IMG/VR virus record: IMGVR_UViG_3300025608_000015
Location: 1 to 64,000 of that record
Strand: one strand, 5' to 3'
From: a virus
Lineage: Duplodnaviria; Caudoviricetes
DNA: 64,000 bases
The position numbers and the translations under genes were made by a program. This document shows positions 63,416-64,000 of this stretch, in pieces; the first letter of the stretch is position 1, and each line of letters opens with the position of its first letter. The notes below the pieces were generated by a model, which had not been told where the DNA came from, did no database searches, and worked only from the letters and a program-made list of their open reading frames with translations.

Positions 63416-64000
63416 AGTAGACTTTAATATTTTTATTGGGTGGGACAGTAGAGAAGATATTGCCTATCAGGTTTGCAAACACTCTATAGAAACCAAATCA
63501 AGTAATGTTTGCATACATCCGTTAAAGCAAAAGATACTACGCAAAGAAGGTCTGTATTGGAGAGATAAAGATAAATTATCTTCTACAGAATTTACTTTTA
63601 CAAGATTTCTTGTTCCTGAAATTATGAATTTTGAAGGCTGGGCATTATTCATAGATTGTGATATGATTCTTACAACAGATATTAAAGAATTGTTAGATCA
63701 AGCAGACGACAAGTATGCGGTGATGTGTGTTAAACATGATTATACTCCTGCTGAAGGCACAAAGATGGATGGCAAGCAACAAACTGTCTATCCAAGAAAA
63801 AATTGGTCAAGCATGATGCTTATTAACTGTGCGCATCCTAGTAATCGTGTGTTAACAAAGGAATTAGTAAATGCTAGTAATATTGATGGAAAATATTTAC
63901 ATAGATTTAGTTGGTTAGATGATTCAGAAATTGGCGAAATCCATCATGAGTGGAATTGGTTAGTAAATTGGTATAAAGAACCGAAAGACGGACATCCTAA
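63399..64000 (+). CDS. Glycosyltransferase (GT-A/GT8-like), 3'-truncated; missing from the ORF track
   Basis: TTG start overlapping the upstream gene; IFIGWDSREDIAY.VC..SI, STEFTFTRFLVP, ALFIDCDM (DxD), AVMCVKHDY, YPRKNWSS, YLHRFSWL, EWNWLV; open to the window end. Confidence 0.85.
   Translation, partial: MKEKTKVDFNIFIGWDSREDIAYQVCKHSIETKSSNVCIHPLKQKILRKEGLYWRDKDKLSSTEFTFTRFLVPEIMNFEGWALFIDCDMILTTDIKELLDQADDKYAVMCVKHDYTPAEGTKMDGKQQTVYPRKNWSSMMLINCAHPSNRVLTKELVNASNIDGKYLHRFSWLDDSEIGEIHHEWNWLVNWYKEPKDGHP

Noticed and set aside
1-64000. CRISPR array, tRNA or rRNA genes
   Set aside because: Intergenic gaps are nearly all under 130 nt; I found no regularly spaced repeat-spacer pattern or cloverleaf by eye. 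A tRNAscan/Infernal run was not possible.
1-64000. Stop-codon reassignment, introns or inteins
   Set aside because: Standard-code ORFs tile the window, and terminase, UvsX, sheath and carbamoyltransferase motifs are contiguous with no intein signatures.

Overview
The window is a continuous, densely coding segment of a large lytic tailed phage (T4-superfamily-like myovirus). It uses the standard genetic code, AGGAG ribosome-binding sites and a recurring TAAATA late-promoter-like motif. Layout: (1) 1-34.8 kb holds giant repeat-rich virion fibre/baseplate proteins, two Cys-rich fibre-tip paralogs with a chaperone-like gene, a GT9-like glycosyltransferase, an SGNH-like protein, a carbamoyltransferase and a subtilisin-blue-copper fusion; (2) 34.8-39.6 kb is a reverse-strand late operon with neck gp14, tail terminator gp15, Nudix, HldD, a cupin and GmhB; (3) 39.7-58.7 kb carries neck gp13, an HNH-like gene, tail sheath and tube, a second subtilisin, gp4, terminase and acidic head-region proteins; (4) 58.8-64 kb carries gp32, UvsX, UvsY and further sugar-modification genes. 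The best candidate for an undescribed system is a late-expressed, virion-directed heptose/carbamoyl decoration pathway tied to Cys-rich fibre tips. Other strong signals are multi-level nesting of repeat domains inside a 2492-aa fibre, a duplicated adaptor+S8-protease cassette (one copy carrying an intact type-1 copper site), and DNA-level homogenisation between two fibre paralogs. All product calls come from motif recognition by eye; no database searches were run.
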